Positions 17,998 through 27,551 of a stretch of 64,000 nt of DNA are shown piece after piece. Source of the stretch: a virus (lineage: Duplodnaviria > Caudoviricetes); IMG/VR virus record IMGVR_UViG_3300044652_000025, positions 64,001 to 128,000 of that record. One strand, written 5' to 3'. The notes beneath the pieces were generated by a model. It saw nothing but the letters and a program-made list of their open reading frames with translations. It did no database searches and was not told where the DNA came from. A program made the translations under genes and the position numbers. Each line of letters opens with the position of its first letter. Within the stretch, counting starts at the first letter, position 1.

Positions 17998-18855
17998 TCA
18001 TTGAAAAATGTTGGCGATCTGATCTGCTGTCAATGGGTTAGGGATGTTCAGCGGGTTCAGGAAAATGACGGTCCGGCGGCCGACGGACTTGACCATCCAC
18101 GGCTCAGGCTGGTTGTACCACCCGACGGCGAGCCGCCGCGTGATACCTCGGTCGGAGAAGGCCTTGGCCAGCAGGCCTCTCCATTCGTCGAGGCGGTACC
18201 GACCCGACACCGCGGTGCCCCATCGGTACCAACCCCAACGACCCTCGGGTAGGGTACGTCCATCCTCACCGCTACAAGATCTCTTGTCAAGAGAAAACTC
18301 TCGATTGATGAGGTGCGTCAGGTCGACCTCTACCAAAGGTTGAGCGTCATCCACCGCCGCCAGACGGGACTGGCGGACCTCCTCGGCGATCCGGCGGCGG
18401 ACCTCGGCCTCCACCTCGGCGTCGAAAAACACCGAGCCCACCGGCGTGGCGTCGTAGCGGGCGCGGATCTCGTCATTGAGCAGCTGCTTGAGGACGTAGG
18501 TCAGCCGCGGCGACTCCGGGCCACCTCGGGCAATGTAGGCCTCGCGCAGCTGGGCCTTCGTGGCCCAATGGTGGACCCCGAGATCACGGTAGTAACGGTT
18601 GACGTCCCACACGACAGGACGGTACGGCTCGACCGTGACAGAGGTCGTGAACTCCGGCCAGCTGGGATCGCCCTCCAGGCGCGGGTCGTTGGCCCTGGGC
18701 AGGAGGACATGCCAAGCCTCCCAGGAATCGCACCGGCTGCACGGCGCCTCCTGGTCGAGCGCGCCGACGTACCACCGCCGGTCGGTCTCGACCAGGCAGG
18801 CGTCACACAAACGGACGGAGTCGAGGTCAGTCCTCGGAGCCGTCTTCGTCGGCAT
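17998..18855 (-). CDS. degenerate J-domain protein with N-terminal CxxC pairs
   Basis: YYRDLGV..AT..QLREAY...RARYD; HPD motif absent. Confidence 0.65.
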   Translation of the reverse strand: MPTKTAPRTDLDSVRLCDACLVETDRRWYVGALDQEAPCSRCDSWEAWHVLLPRANDPRLEGDPSWPEFTTSVTVEPYRPVVWDVNRYYRDLGVHHWATKAQLREAYIARGGPESPRLTYVLKQLLNDEIRARYDATPVGSVFFDAEVEAEVRRRIAEEVRQSRLAAVDDAQPLVEVDLTHLINREFSLDKRSCSGEDGRTLPEGRWGWYRWGTAVSGRYRLDEWRGLLAKAFSDRGITRRLAVGWYNQPEPWMVKSVGRRTVIFLNPLNIPNPLTADQIANIFQ

Positions 18856-18964
18856 CGGACTGTTCGGCCGCCAGTTCGTCCTTGTCCTGGTCGGTCCACT
18901 CGCTGTCGGTCTTCTTGTCCCGCAGGATCCGGCCATCGCCGGAGCCATACTTAGTCAGTCCCAT
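18827..18964 (-). CDS. small acidic protein
   Basis: MGLTKYGSGDG...EDGSED. Confidence 0.55.
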   Translation of the reverse strand: MGLTKYGSGDGRILRDKKTDSEWTDQDKDELAAEQSDADEDGSED

Positions 18965-18965
18965 A

Positions 18966-19973
18966 TCAGGCTGCCCTCCAGATCTTGACCTGCTTCGGCC
19001 GTGACCACAGCGACCACGGTATTGCGGTGCGGACGAGTTCGGCGACCACCTCATCCGGTAGCCCGGCCACGTCCTCGTTCCAGGGGTTGTCGGCGACGCG
19101 CACATCGCAGTAGGCCTGGAGGGCCTCGCCGACCTTCTCGGTGGCCGTCCAGCCCGCCTCGTCGTTGTCGAAAAACAGGGTCACCCGGGGATGATGACTG
19201 AGGTAGCGGATCTGCTTGGGTGTCACCGCGTTCCCGAAGGTGGCCTCCAGCGGGAGGACATGAGACTTGGCCACCACGCTCATGGGGGACTCGACGATCA
19301 CGGCGTAGTCCCGGGCCGGGTCGTAGTCGAAGATGGTCGACTCCCGCGGCAGGTCCGGGCTGGCCTTGTACTTCGGGCTGCCGTCCTTGAGGAGCCGCCG
19401 GGTCTGCCAACCGACGAGGCTGCCCTTCCAGAAGTGGGGGATGACGATGCGGTTGGCGTCGGGATCCCAGCCGACGCGGTAGCGGACGACGTTGGCTTCG
19501 GGGATGCCGCGGATTTCGGTCAGGTAGGGATGGATGTACGCCCACCGGTCGAGGACCGCGACCGACATCTTGGGCATCGGCGGCGCGGTGCAGAGCTTCG
19601 GGCTGTAGATGGCGTCGAAGTAGGAGAGCAGTGCCGACAGGCTCATGCCGTCGGCCCCCATCCCGGTCTCGGAGTCGAGCCACTTCCGAGCTTCATTCCC
19701 CGACGTCCCACGGCAAAGCCCGATGAACCACAGGAGCCCGCCCCCGGCGTCACAGGAGCCCAAGCACTTGTAGACGAGCTTCTTCCAGTTGAGGCTGGCG
19801 GTCGGCTCGGCATCCTGGTGCTGGTGCTTCCCGAAGGGCAGGACGCAGCCGTGGATCAGTTCCTCGCCATCGCCGCCGACCCGGATCCGGGTGACTCCGA
19901 ACTCGGCCAGGAGCGACCGACACAGCCGCTCCTTGTCGGCGTCGGGCAGGAGGGCCGCTTCAAAGGCTGGCAT
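18966..19973 (-). CDS. dnaG: DNA primase (Zn finger + TOPRIM)
   Basis: C..H...YKC..C, RIVIPH, PKY, IVESP, FDNDEAG. Confidence 0.88.
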   Translation of the reverse strand: MPAFEAALLPDADKERLCRSLLAEFGVTRIRVGGDGEELIHGCVLPFGKHQHQDAEPTASLNWKKLVYKCLGSCDAGGGLLWFIGLCRGTSGNEARKWLDSETGMGADGMSLSALLSYFDAIYSPKLCTAPPMPKMSVAVLDRWAYIHPYLTEIRGIPEANVVRYRVGWDPDANRIVIPHFWKGSLVGWQTRRLLKDGSPKYKASPDLPRESTIFDYDPARDYAVIVESPMSVVAKSHVLPLEATFGNAVTPKQIRYLSHHPRVTLFFDNDEAGWTATEKVGEALQAYCDVRVADNPWNEDVAGLPDEVVAELVRTAIPWSLWSRPKQVKIWRAA

Positions 19974-20265
19974 CGCACACCCCGCCGTCGATCTGTATCG
20001 AGGCAAGTAGGGCGCTGTAGATCTGGAAGAGCTGGTCGGGGCTGAGGTGTCCTGGTGGCATGCTCTCTCGAAGAGCCGTCTCGGCAACCACCTGGACGGT
20101 CGTGCCCTTCAGGATTCCTTGATCGGCCAAGACCACTCTCCAGAGGGCATCTCTCAGCCGCGCGATCTCCTCATTCCGCTGCCAAATCTCGGAGCAGAGG
20201 AACTTCTCCTGCGCCTCCATGATCTTGAACACAACATCCGCCACCCTCAGCGTGTCAGCGTTCAC
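19960..20265 (-). CDS. hypothetical protein
   Basis: GAGGAGG SD before the GTG start. Confidence 0.5.
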   Translation of the reverse strand: MNADTLRVADVVFKIMEAQEKFLCSEIWQRNEEIARLRDALWRVVLADQGILKGTTVQVVAETALRESMPPGHLSPDQLFQIYSALLASIQIDGGVCDASL

Positions 20266-20336
20266 TCGTCCCTCCTCGAAGTGGTCCTCACCACCCATTA
20301 TCGAGACGGAAGCCGGAAACTGACACTTGGCCAGAT

Positions 20337-20356
20337 TCGGCGACCTGTCGCTCAGG
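20337..20356. repeat. 20-bp intergenic repeat, copy 2
   Basis: Identical to 11738..11757. Confidence 0.8.
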
Positions 20357-20410
20357 GTCAGCCATCGAGAGCATCCTGACGAGCCCACCATCCCAGGGCC
20401 TCCACGGTGT

Positions 20411-20917
20411 TCATGAGCGTCTCCTCGCCATCGCCGCCTCGAACGCCTCGTTATGGGCGTGCTTATCGAAGTCGGTCAGGGTGCCGTCGCGGTCCATGTA
20501 CTGCCACACCCGCTGGCGGCGGCCGACGAAGACCAGGGTCCAGGTCGGGGTTCGGTGGAGCCGCTCGATCCAGTGGAGGGCGTCCATCGGCATCCAGTTC
20601 AGGAACCGCACCCGGTGGCGGTAGGCATAGCCGATGATCTTCCGGTCGGCGTCCCACCACTCCTCGCTGATGTCGTGGGTACGGCGGCGCATCTCGTCGT
20701 AGCCGCCGCGCAGCACGATGCTCACAAAGGGCCAGGGATGATCGTGAAGCGTGTCCCTGGGGTCAGGCGTGCCCAGCTTGTGGAGGTAAACCCCGAAGAG
20801 CGGAGTCTGGACGATCCGCAGGCGCCAGAGGTAGGTGTCGTCGGAGTCGTAGTCCGGGACGGCGAACGGCTGCAAGAACGCCCAGTTGGGGGAGCGGTTC
20901 CCGGCCAGCTTCTTCAC
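20411..20917 (-). CDS. cupin-fold phage protein
   Basis: YLH...D..LHDHPWPFVSIVLRGGY.E...H...WTLVF. Confidence 0.7.
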   Translation of the reverse strand: MKKLAGNRSPNWAFLQPFAVPDYDSDDTYLWRLRIVQTPLFGVYLHKLGTPDPRDTLHDHPWPFVSIVLRGGYDEMRRRTHDISEEWWDADRKIIGYAYRHRVRFLNWMPMDALHWIERLHRTPTWTLVFVGRRQRVWQYMDRDGTLTDFDKHAHNEAFEAAMARRRS

Positions 20918-21228
20918 GTCCGCACCACCCCGTCGTGAGGGTTGCGGATGGCCTCACCGTCCCGCTTGAGCCACTCCCGGACCTCATGGGTCTCGATCCG
21001 GCTGAGGCGCCAGATCAGCCACTCCTCGATGGCCGTCTCGTCGGCGAAGGGCGGCAGCGGCGACTCGATCTGGAGGTCGGTCATCTCGCCCGGCCGGTAG
21101 GCGTTCTCCAGGCGGCAGCGGATGTGGAGATGGGTGCCCTCGTAGGGGGTCCAGACGACGACGAACTCCCACCCCGGCTTGTAGGTGAACCGGGCGAAGG
21201 CGTTGGCCACCTGGGCGTGGGTCAGCAC
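20914..21228 (-). CDS. hypothetical protein
   Basis: YKPGW...ETHEVREW...NPH. Confidence 0.65.
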   Translation of the reverse strand: MLTHAQVANAFARFTYKPGWEFVVVWTPYEGTHLHIRCRLENAYRPGEMTDLQIESPLPPFADETAIEEWLIWRLSRIETHEVREWLKRDGEAIRNPHDGVVRT

Positions 21229-21441
21229 TCAGCCCCCTCGCTCCCGGTCGTGGGTCAAGGCCGCCTGCATGGCATTGGCGAACCAGCTGATCATGAGACT
21301 CTGGTCGACCACACCCGCCGGGCCGTCATTCTCGTTGACCACGGTCCAGCCATCGAAAGTCCGACAGAACTCCTCAGCCCAGATCACGACGTCTGTCGTC
21401 GAATGGAGCTTGCGGGCGACCGAGTCGGGCTGGTCAGTCAT
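21229..21441 (-). CDS. hypothetical protein
   Basis: WAEEF...WFANAM; coupled to nrdJ. Confidence 0.6.
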   Translation of the reverse strand: MTDQPDSVARKLHSTTDVVIWAEEFCRTFDGWTVVNENDGPAGVVDQSLMISWFANAMQAALTHDRERGG

Positions 21442-23453
21442 CGGAGTTCCGTCGGCCGGGGCATCTCACACACATCGTTGCTACAGAAACGATCGCCCTC
21501 GGGATCGACTCCATTCTGGTAGATGGGAGCCCACTCGATGCGTCTTACACCCTGGGTCGCCACCTCGAAGGCATCGGCGGTGATGGCCTCGTAGGGCATC
21601 TGGGGATAGGCCCCACCGTCATGCATGGGCAGAAAGGACATCGTCTTCAGCTGGCCGTCGAAGGCGTGGAGCAGCGGCCCGATCTGGTCCTTCTCATGGG
21701 CCTGGAAAGTGAAGGTGGCGCTGACCATGTTGTCGGCCCAGTGGTTCTGGAGAGTGGCCGCCAGGGCCACCTTCTCCCAGACGACGACCTCGCGGGTCGA
21801 ACGCACCTGCGGACCCATGGTGGGGAAGCTGACGACCACGGAGTTGGTGTCGGCCACGTCGGGCTCGACCCAGTAGCCCGCCTCCTCGAAGACCTGGACC
21901 ATCGGGTCGGCCTGCCGGAAGCGCATCCGGCGGATGTACGTGTCGTGCTCCGGCCAGTGGGCGCCGGGGGTGACCCCGGCCAGCAGGCTCACCGTACCGG
22001 AGGGCTTGACCGACGTCTTCTTGATGGACTCCCGGACCCCGAGCCACTCGGAGTACTGCCGGTCGCGGCGAGTGATCTCGGCGTAGCCCATGTCCAGCCA
22101 GTCCCGGAGCTTCGTCCAGCCGTGGCGCTCCACGAACTGGGCGACCCCCGACACCGAGCAGCCGATGCGCCGGTTGCGGGTCATGACCTCATTGGACTCC
22201 GGCCAGTGGGTACTCATGAGGGTCACGGCCTTGCCGTAGAGGTAGGCGCACTTGAGCGTCCGCAGGAAGTCCTCGACGGTGTCGTGGTGGATCGGGTACG
22301 TCTCGACCAGGGTGCAGAGTTCGTTGTCCTCCAGGGTCTGCTCGGCGCATGGGTTGCAGCCCTTGGCCCGGTAGTCCCGGTTGTTGGGCGGGTCACCCAG
22401 ACGGCCGTGGGAGCGCATGAGGTCGAGGTACACCAGCCCCGGCTCGCCGTTGACGGCGATCTGCTCCACAAGGTCGTCGTAGTTACCGCCGACCTCGGCC
22501 TGGATGGAGTTGTTCGACATCCAGCCCCAGCCGTCGTGACCCATCCGGTCCGCGTTCACCGCCGGGTCCTTGAGGAGGAGGAACGCCTTGTCGTCGGGCT
22601 GGCCGAGAGCAAGCTCGGCGCTCCGGCGGACGTTCCCGGCCACCACGCAGCGGCCGATGAGGTTCATGATGTCCACGATGTCGGTCGACGTGATCGGCTG
22701 GCCGCCGCGGTCGGCCAGGAGACCCCGGAGGCTGCCGTGGAGCTTCCGGAGTGGACCTGGTCCGGCCGCGGTGCCCCCGAAGCGCTTGATGGGCTCCCCG
22801 GCCGGGCGGATCTCGTCATAGAGGAAACGGACGGAGCGCTGGCCGGGGAGGAGGTAGGACCGCAGCAGCCGATCGACGGAGTCGCACCAGCCCTCTCGGC
22901 TGTCGTGGATCATGACCTCATCGAAGGCGCTCTGGGGGTGGTGGATGGTCAGCCGTCCGGCGCCCAGGGTGTCGAAGCCGACGCCGACGCCCAGCATGGA
23001 CATCTCCATCAGCCGGGCGAAAGGCAGGGCGGGGTTACGCGGTCCCAGGCTCTCGGTGCTCAAAAAGGCGCAATTCTGAAGGGCAGCTGAACCTTCCTCC
23101 CAGACGAAGGGCACGCCCATCATCCAGATGCCTCGGCCGGGCGGGGTCCACTTGAAGGTGAACATCCGCTCGTACATCTCCTCGGCGGCCCGGTGGGCCT
23201 TGGGGTGGTACCACGGCGTCCGCTGGCGCTGGCAGTGGTCCTTGAGGATCGAGTAGGTCCCCTCGACGACGCGGCGGCAGGCTTCGTGCCAGCGCTCCTT
23301 GGTGCCGTCGGGCTTGACCCGGGAGTACTTGGTCAGGAACGTAAGCTCCCCGAGGGAGTTACCACCGCCGCAGTCGAAGCCCCAGGGGACGGGCCGGTCG
23401 ACGTAGGTCGCCACGAACTCGTCGGCCAGTCTGAAGCTCAGATGGTCAGTCAC
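21438..23453 (-). CDS. nrdJ: class II (adenosylcobalamin-dependent) ribonucleotide reductase, monomeric RTPR type
   Basis: PPGRG, QNCAF, GVGVGFD, GNVRRSA, NPCAEQ, KPSGTVS, C-terminal CSNDVC. Confidence 0.93.
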   Translation of the reverse strand: MTDHLSFRLADEFVATYVDRPVPWGFDCGGGNSLGELTFLTKYSRVKPDGTKERWHEACRRVVEGTYSILKDHCQRQRTPWYHPKAHRAAEEMYERMFTFKWTPPGRGIWMMGVPFVWEEGSAALQNCAFLSTESLGPRNPALPFARLMEMSMLGVGVGFDTLGAGRLTIHHPQSAFDEVMIHDSREGWCDSVDRLLRSYLLPGQRSVRFLYDEIRPAGEPIKRFGGTAAGPGPLRKLHGSLRGLLADRGGQPITSTDIVDIMNLIGRCVVAGNVRRSAELALGQPDDKAFLLLKDPAVNADRMGHDGWGWMSNNSIQAEVGGNYDDLVEQIAVNGEPGLVYLDLMRSHGRLGDPPNNRDYRAKGCNPCAEQTLEDNELCTLVETYPIHHDTVEDFLRTLKCAYLYGKAVTLMSTHWPESNEVMTRNRRIGCSVSGVAQFVERHGWTKLRDWLDMGYAEITRRDRQYSEWLGVRESIKKTSVKPSGTVSLLAGVTPGAHWPEHDTYIRRMRFRQADPMVQVFEEAGYWVEPDVADTNSVVVSFPTMGPQVRSTREVVVWEKVALAATLQNHWADNMVSATFTFQAHEKDQIGPLLHAFDGQLKTMSFLPMHDGGAYPQMPYEAITADAFEVATQGVRRIEWAPIYQNGVDPEGDRFCSNDVCEMPRPTELR

Positions 23454-25762
23454 GATCCTCCCAGTTGGGTCTCGCCCCGGACGATGAAGTGAGCACTCTC
23501 AACTTCCCAGATCATCGAAAAATGTTTGAAGTCTTCCCGGCGGGCGGCGAGGGTATGGAACAGCGCCTGCGGTGGTATGGCGGCGCGCTGATCCATCGAC
23601 TGGTAGAGACCGAACACCCAGTCAGCCCCTCGCTCCACTCCGGCGGAATCAGCCAGGTCGCTCATCTCGTAGTAGCCGCGTCGGAAGGCGGCTTTCACCC
23701 CTTCTCGGTTGATCTGGTGAGCGAGCAGGCAGGGTATGCGGCGACGGCCGGTGCCAATGAGGTCACTGAGCGTCCGGATCGAGTCCGAGATCTGGAGGTC
23801 GTAGCGCAGCTTCGGGTTCTCGTGGACGACGTGGCTCAGCTGGTCGATCAGCAGGCTCTCGGTGTCGCGGACCTGGGCGTCCCGGACGAGAGCGGCGACG
23901 CGGCGCTTCTCGATCGGAGGGTGCAACACATGGAATGGCGCCCCGGCACCCGGCAGATCATTGATCCATGACCTGACACGGTCGACCTCGACGTCGGAGC
24001 ACGTCCCGCACTGCCAGCCGCGGTAGGACACCCCAGTCGCCAGGCAGGCGATCCGGTCGAGGGTCATCTCGACCGAGTTCTCCAGGGTGTAGAGCGTCAC
24101 GCACTTGCCCCGCTCCCACTCCCGGAGGGCGACGAGGTCGAGGAAGAAGCTGTTGTGCGTGACAAGGAAGTCCTCTGTCACATAGAGGCCATCTGCCGCC
24201 GCGACTTGGATGCAGACGGTATCTCCCCGTCCTGCCGGAGTGACCTCCACGATGCGCCTAGAAGGACGGCGGGCACGCAAGCTCGGACGCTCGTCGTAAT
24301 CCCGGCGCTTTCGCGGAAGACGGAATGGGCACTCAGGCAATCTCAGTCTGATGATCCAGGCCGGACGCCCGGCGCCGCCTTGATGCGATGGCTCCGGCTT
24401 GTACTTGACCCGGGCCGTGCCCCCCAGAGAGAGCACAAGTTCCCTCACGGCCAAAGCCAACCGCTCCGAAGTGGAGCAGAAGGTGATGCCCTTGCCATCC
24501 ACACCGCCCTCGGTGTCCAGCAGGCCGGAAAGGAGTTGACGACGCTCGTTGATAGTGGCCCGCAGGTACCGATCAGGGATGAACTTCTCCCAGGACCGGC
24601 ATCCCATGAGGCCCATCTCCCGAAGTGCCGCCGTGGTCCGGCCTCCGACGATGGATGCCAATCCACGGCGCTCCTTGATCCAATGCCGCTCGTCACCCTG
24701 GGGAAGCAGCCGGTCGATCTCACCATGAAGCCATGGCTCCGGCTTACAAAAGGTCGGCGTACAGACCGTCAGCGAACCGTCTCCGAGCAACAGCCCGAGC
24801 AAGTAGGGATGGAGCGGGAGCGGACCGAGATCCTCATAGCGCACCGGGGCCACCATGGGCAGGTAGGCGAAGCGCCGATTGGTCTGGATCTTTCGGGCCA
24901 GCGTCTCGGTGTCCACCGTCTGCACCTTCCCGCCGTGACTGTGGGGATGCACCGTCCAATCATGAGCGACATCGACCACCACCGACCCGCCGTCGTCGGT
25001 CGTCACCCTCATGAGGGGACGATCCGACCATCTCCGCATGGCGATGACGGCCGTGGCGCGACCATCACTTCCGATCACCGCGTCCCCGGGCCGGAGCGAG
25101 CCGATCTGACGCCATCCTCCAGGCGTGAGTACCAGACTGGTCACCGCCTCGGCCTTCCCCACCTTCGGCCCGGCGGCCAGGACGGCAAGCTCCCCCGGCT
25201 TGATGCCGTTGGTGTAGGCGTCGATCGGGGTGAGCCCGAAGGTCATGCCCTCGATGACACCGCGGTTGGCGGCGCGGGCGTCGTAGCTCCGCATCCTGTC
25301 GGCCAGCGCTTCCCGGGCGTCGACGGCGTCATCCTTACGGGTGACCTTCATGGCCAGTGTGACCAGCTGGTCGGCGGCTTCGGAGACCACGGCCGGGCGC
25401 TCCTCGAACGTCGCCTCACGCACCGACATGGCGAACTGCCGGTTGAAGTGGTCGGCCTCCTTGATGAGGTAGGTGCCCTTCAGATCCTGGAGCGCCCACT
25501 CGATGGAGTCGTCGGGCTCCTCGTCGATGTCGATCTCGGCGTCGTTGAGGGCGTCGGCGTAGATCGGCTCGGCCAGGAAGGCGGCGACGGATGGGGCCTT
25601 GGTCTGGCCGCTCTGGTGCCAATAGTCGACCGCGAAGGCCACCAGGGGACGGAGGGCCTCGTCGGGGACGATCTCGGGCTCCAGCCCCTGACGGGCGATG
25701 ACCGCCACCGAGTCGGCGTCGGTCAGATGCTTGATGAGGCAGGCCAGCCCGGCGGCGCTCAT
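23450..25762 (-). CDS. dnaB: DnaB-like replicative helicase with intein
   Basis: AAGPKVGK|intein|S, TLEN, LLIDQL, HQINR, SAGVERGAD. Confidence 0.9.
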   Translation of the reverse strand: MSAAGLACLIKHLTDADSVAVIARQGLEPEIVPDEALRPLVAFAVDYWHQSGQTKAPSVAAFLAEPIYADALNDAEIDIDEEPDDSIEWALQDLKGTYLIKEADHFNRQFAMSVREATFEERPAVVSEAADQLVTLAMKVTRKDDAVDAREALADRMRSYDARAANRGVIEGMTFGLTPIDAYTNGIKPGELAVLAAGPKVGKAEAVTSLVLTPGGWRQIGSLRPGDAVIGSDGRATAVIAMRRWSDRPLMRVTTDDGGSVVVDVAHDWTVHPHSHGGKVQTVDTETLARKIQTNRRFAYLPMVAPVRYEDLGPLPLHPYLLGLLLGDGSLTVCTPTFCKPEPWLHGEIDRLLPQGDERHWIKERRGLASIVGGRTTAALREMGLMGCRSWEKFIPDRYLRATINERRQLLSGLLDTEGGVDGKGITFCSTSERLALAVRELVLSLGGTARVKYKPEPSHQGGAGRPAWIIRLRLPECPFRLPRKRRDYDERPSLRARRPSRRIVEVTPAGRGDTVCIQVAAADGLYVTEDFLVTHNSFFLDLVALREWERGKCVTLYTLENSVEMTLDRIACLATGVSYRGWQCGTCSDVEVDRVRSWINDLPGAGAPFHVLHPPIEKRRVAALVRDAQVRDTESLLIDQLSHVVHENPKLRYDLQISDSIRTLSDLIGTGRRRIPCLLAHQINREGVKAAFRRGYYEMSDLADSAGVERGADWVFGLYQSMDQRAAIPPQALFHTLAARREDFKHFSMIWEVESAHFIVRGETQLGGS
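24152..25153 (-). mobile_element. class 3 intein with LAGLIDADG homing endonuclease (334 aa)
   Basis: Ala1; block B HDW; block F VCIQV; block G VTHN|S; LLGLLLGDG and LLSGLLDTEG motifs. Confidence 0.9.
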
Positions 25763-26589
25763 CCGATCATCACCGGCCGCGTGAGTCCCAGATCCTCCTC
25801 CTCGTCGAGGCGGTCCTGGAGGCGGGCACGGAAGCTCTCGGCCACGAACTCGATGCCCCGGGACCGCTCGCCGAGCAGATCGAGGATGCTGTCGCCGTAG
25901 CTCTCCCTGGCCTCTGAGGGCATCAGGTTGGTGGTGACGATGGTCGGCTTCGCCGATGCCACCCGGTGTCGCAGGACGGCGTCGAAGGCCGCTCCGGCCA
26001 GCCCCGAGCCGCGGGCACCGCCGTGCTCCTTGCCGGGGTCGTCCAGGACGAGGAAGGTGACGTTTCTGATCCGGGCGTCGAACCAGGCCCGCTCCTCGTC
26101 GTCCCGCCAGGTCTGGGTGTAGACGGCGATGAGGTCGATGAAGGAGGTGAAGTAGCCGCTGTAGCCCTCGGCCAGGAGGGCCTTGAGCAGGAGGGCGGCC
26201 AGCATCGTCTTGCCGGTGCCCTTGTCGCCGTAGAGGATCAGCCCCCGGCCGTTGTGGACCTTGGCCGCCGCCCGCTCCAGGTACGTGGAGACGGCATCCC
26301 GGGTGGAGGGGGCGACGTTGGTGACGTCGTCCCAGCCGAGTTGCTGGTAGCCGATGGGGATCCCGGCGTTGAGCAGGTAGCGGTGGAGGATCCACTGGTC
26401 GCCGCAGTTGCACTTCCAGTCGGCGGGCTCGGTGCGGTCCTGGTTCCACCACCGGAAGGCGCCGGTACCGCCGCAGGTGATGCAGTCGGTCGGCGAGCGC
26501 GGCAGGTCGGGGTGCTTGGCCTGGAGCCGGATGACCTCGGGGTTGGTGAGCAGCCGGATACCCGGCGGCAGGGGTGGCATCTCGATCAT
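25759..26589 (-). CDS. DnaC/IstB-like AAA+ helicase loader
   Basis: CITCGG..CNC, GDKGTGKT, LVLDD, TIVTTN. Confidence 0.85.
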   Translation of the reverse strand: MIEMPPLPPGIRLLTNPEVIRLQAKHPDLPRSPTDCITCGGTGAFRWWNQDRTEPADWKCNCGDQWILHRYLLNAGIPIGYQQLGWDDVTNVAPSTRDAVSTYLERAAAKVHNGRGLILYGDKGTGKTMLAALLLKALLAEGYSGYFTSFIDLIAVYTQTWRDDEERAWFDARIRNVTFLVLDDPGKEHGGARGSGLAGAAFDAVLRHRVASAKPTIVTTNLMPSEARESYGDSILDLLGERSRGIEFVAESFRARLQDRLDEEEDLGLTRPVMIG

Positions 26590-26639
26590 CGGTATGTCCT
26601 GGGGCAGGGGTCGGCCGCTGGCGGGCGGCCCTTGGACGT

Positions 26640-27029
26640 CTAGACGAGCCGGTCGGCGATCGGCTGGGCGAACCAGGAGTCGCAACCGCGGCAGAAGCTC
26701 TCCACGGTCACCGGGCGACCGTGCCATTCCCCGCCACAGACCTCGAAGGCATGACGGGCGATGGCCGGACCCCGCGATCCCCAGCGGGACATGAAGGACT
26801 TGAAGATGCCGTACTCCTTGGTCACCGTGCGGGCGAACGATCCACGCTTCGATTCGATCTGATGGACGACGTAGTCCTGCAAGTCATTCCAGGACCATTC
26901 CTCGTCGGACTTCCCGACATAGGACATGCGCTGCGATCGAGGTGTCGGATGGGGAGTGACTGTGACCGTTTGTGTGATGACCAGGCGGCTCACGCCCGCC
27001 AGGTCGAGTTCGTCGTCGATGTTCCTCAC
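26640..27029 (-). CDS. hypothetical protein (possible replication initiator part)
   Basis: Directly upstream of the loader gene. Confidence 0.6.
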   Translation of the reverse strand: MRNIDDELDLAGVSRLVITQTVTVTPHPTPRSQRMSYVGKSDEEWSWNDLQDYVVHQIESKRGSFARTVTKEYGIFKSFMSRWGSRGPAIARHAFEVCGGEWHGRPVTVESFCRGCDSWFAQPIADRLV

Positions 27030-27379
27030 GCTGTTGCCCTTTCACTGCTGGCGGACGCGGGTCGCCGTCCGAAGTACGCCTCGGACACGAACCGCCGGAA
27101 AGGACCGATGACCTCCTCCATCTCGTCGCGGCGGGGCTCGGAGTCGTAGGAGTCCGTATCGGCCAGGGTGATGACGCTGGCGCTTCCTTTGTGGATCAGG
27201 TGTTTCTGGCAGTCGGCAGTGACGACCATCCAGTGGAAGTCGTCCATCCCGCACAGGTAGCCGGTGATGTCCTCGCCAGAGGGGAACCGGAAGGTGATGG
27301 CGCGGCCGTGCATCACGGTCCGGGCCAGTTGCTTGCTGCTCATGTCCGAACCGCGGGCTCGGTCGTCCCGTCGGGACAT
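27026..27379 (-). CDS. hypothetical protein (Sm/Hfq-like beta pattern)
   Basis: ITGYLCGMDDFHW...LIHK. Confidence 0.55.
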   Translation of the reverse strand: MSRRDDRARGSDMSSKQLARTVMHGRAITFRFPSGEDITGYLCGMDDFHWMVVTADCQKHLIHKGSASVITLADTDSYDSEPRRDEMEEVIGPFRRFVSEAYFGRRPASASSERATA

Positions 27380-27482
27380 GGATCGACCCCCTGTAGGCGA
27401 GGAAAGCCCCCGCCCGCTACTGGCCAGTAGGTAGCGGGACGGGGGTGACGGATCGTGTGAAGCGATCCAAAGGTTCACCAGG

Positions 27483-27511
27483 AGGGTACGCCGGGCACCT
27501 CACTGGGTCAA
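27483..27511 (-). promoter_or_regulatory. sigma-A-like promoter TTGACC-17-TACCCT
   Basis: Intergenic, at the head of the replication operon. Confidence 0.55.
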
Positions 27512-27551
27512 GTGATGAAACCCTTGCCATATATAGAGGGTTGGTATGGCT

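Noticed and set aside
25763-26452. 1000-aa DnaB ORF extension upstream of 25762
   Set aside because: Overlaps the DnaC-like gene in another frame; the true start is the ATGA-coupled ATG at 25762
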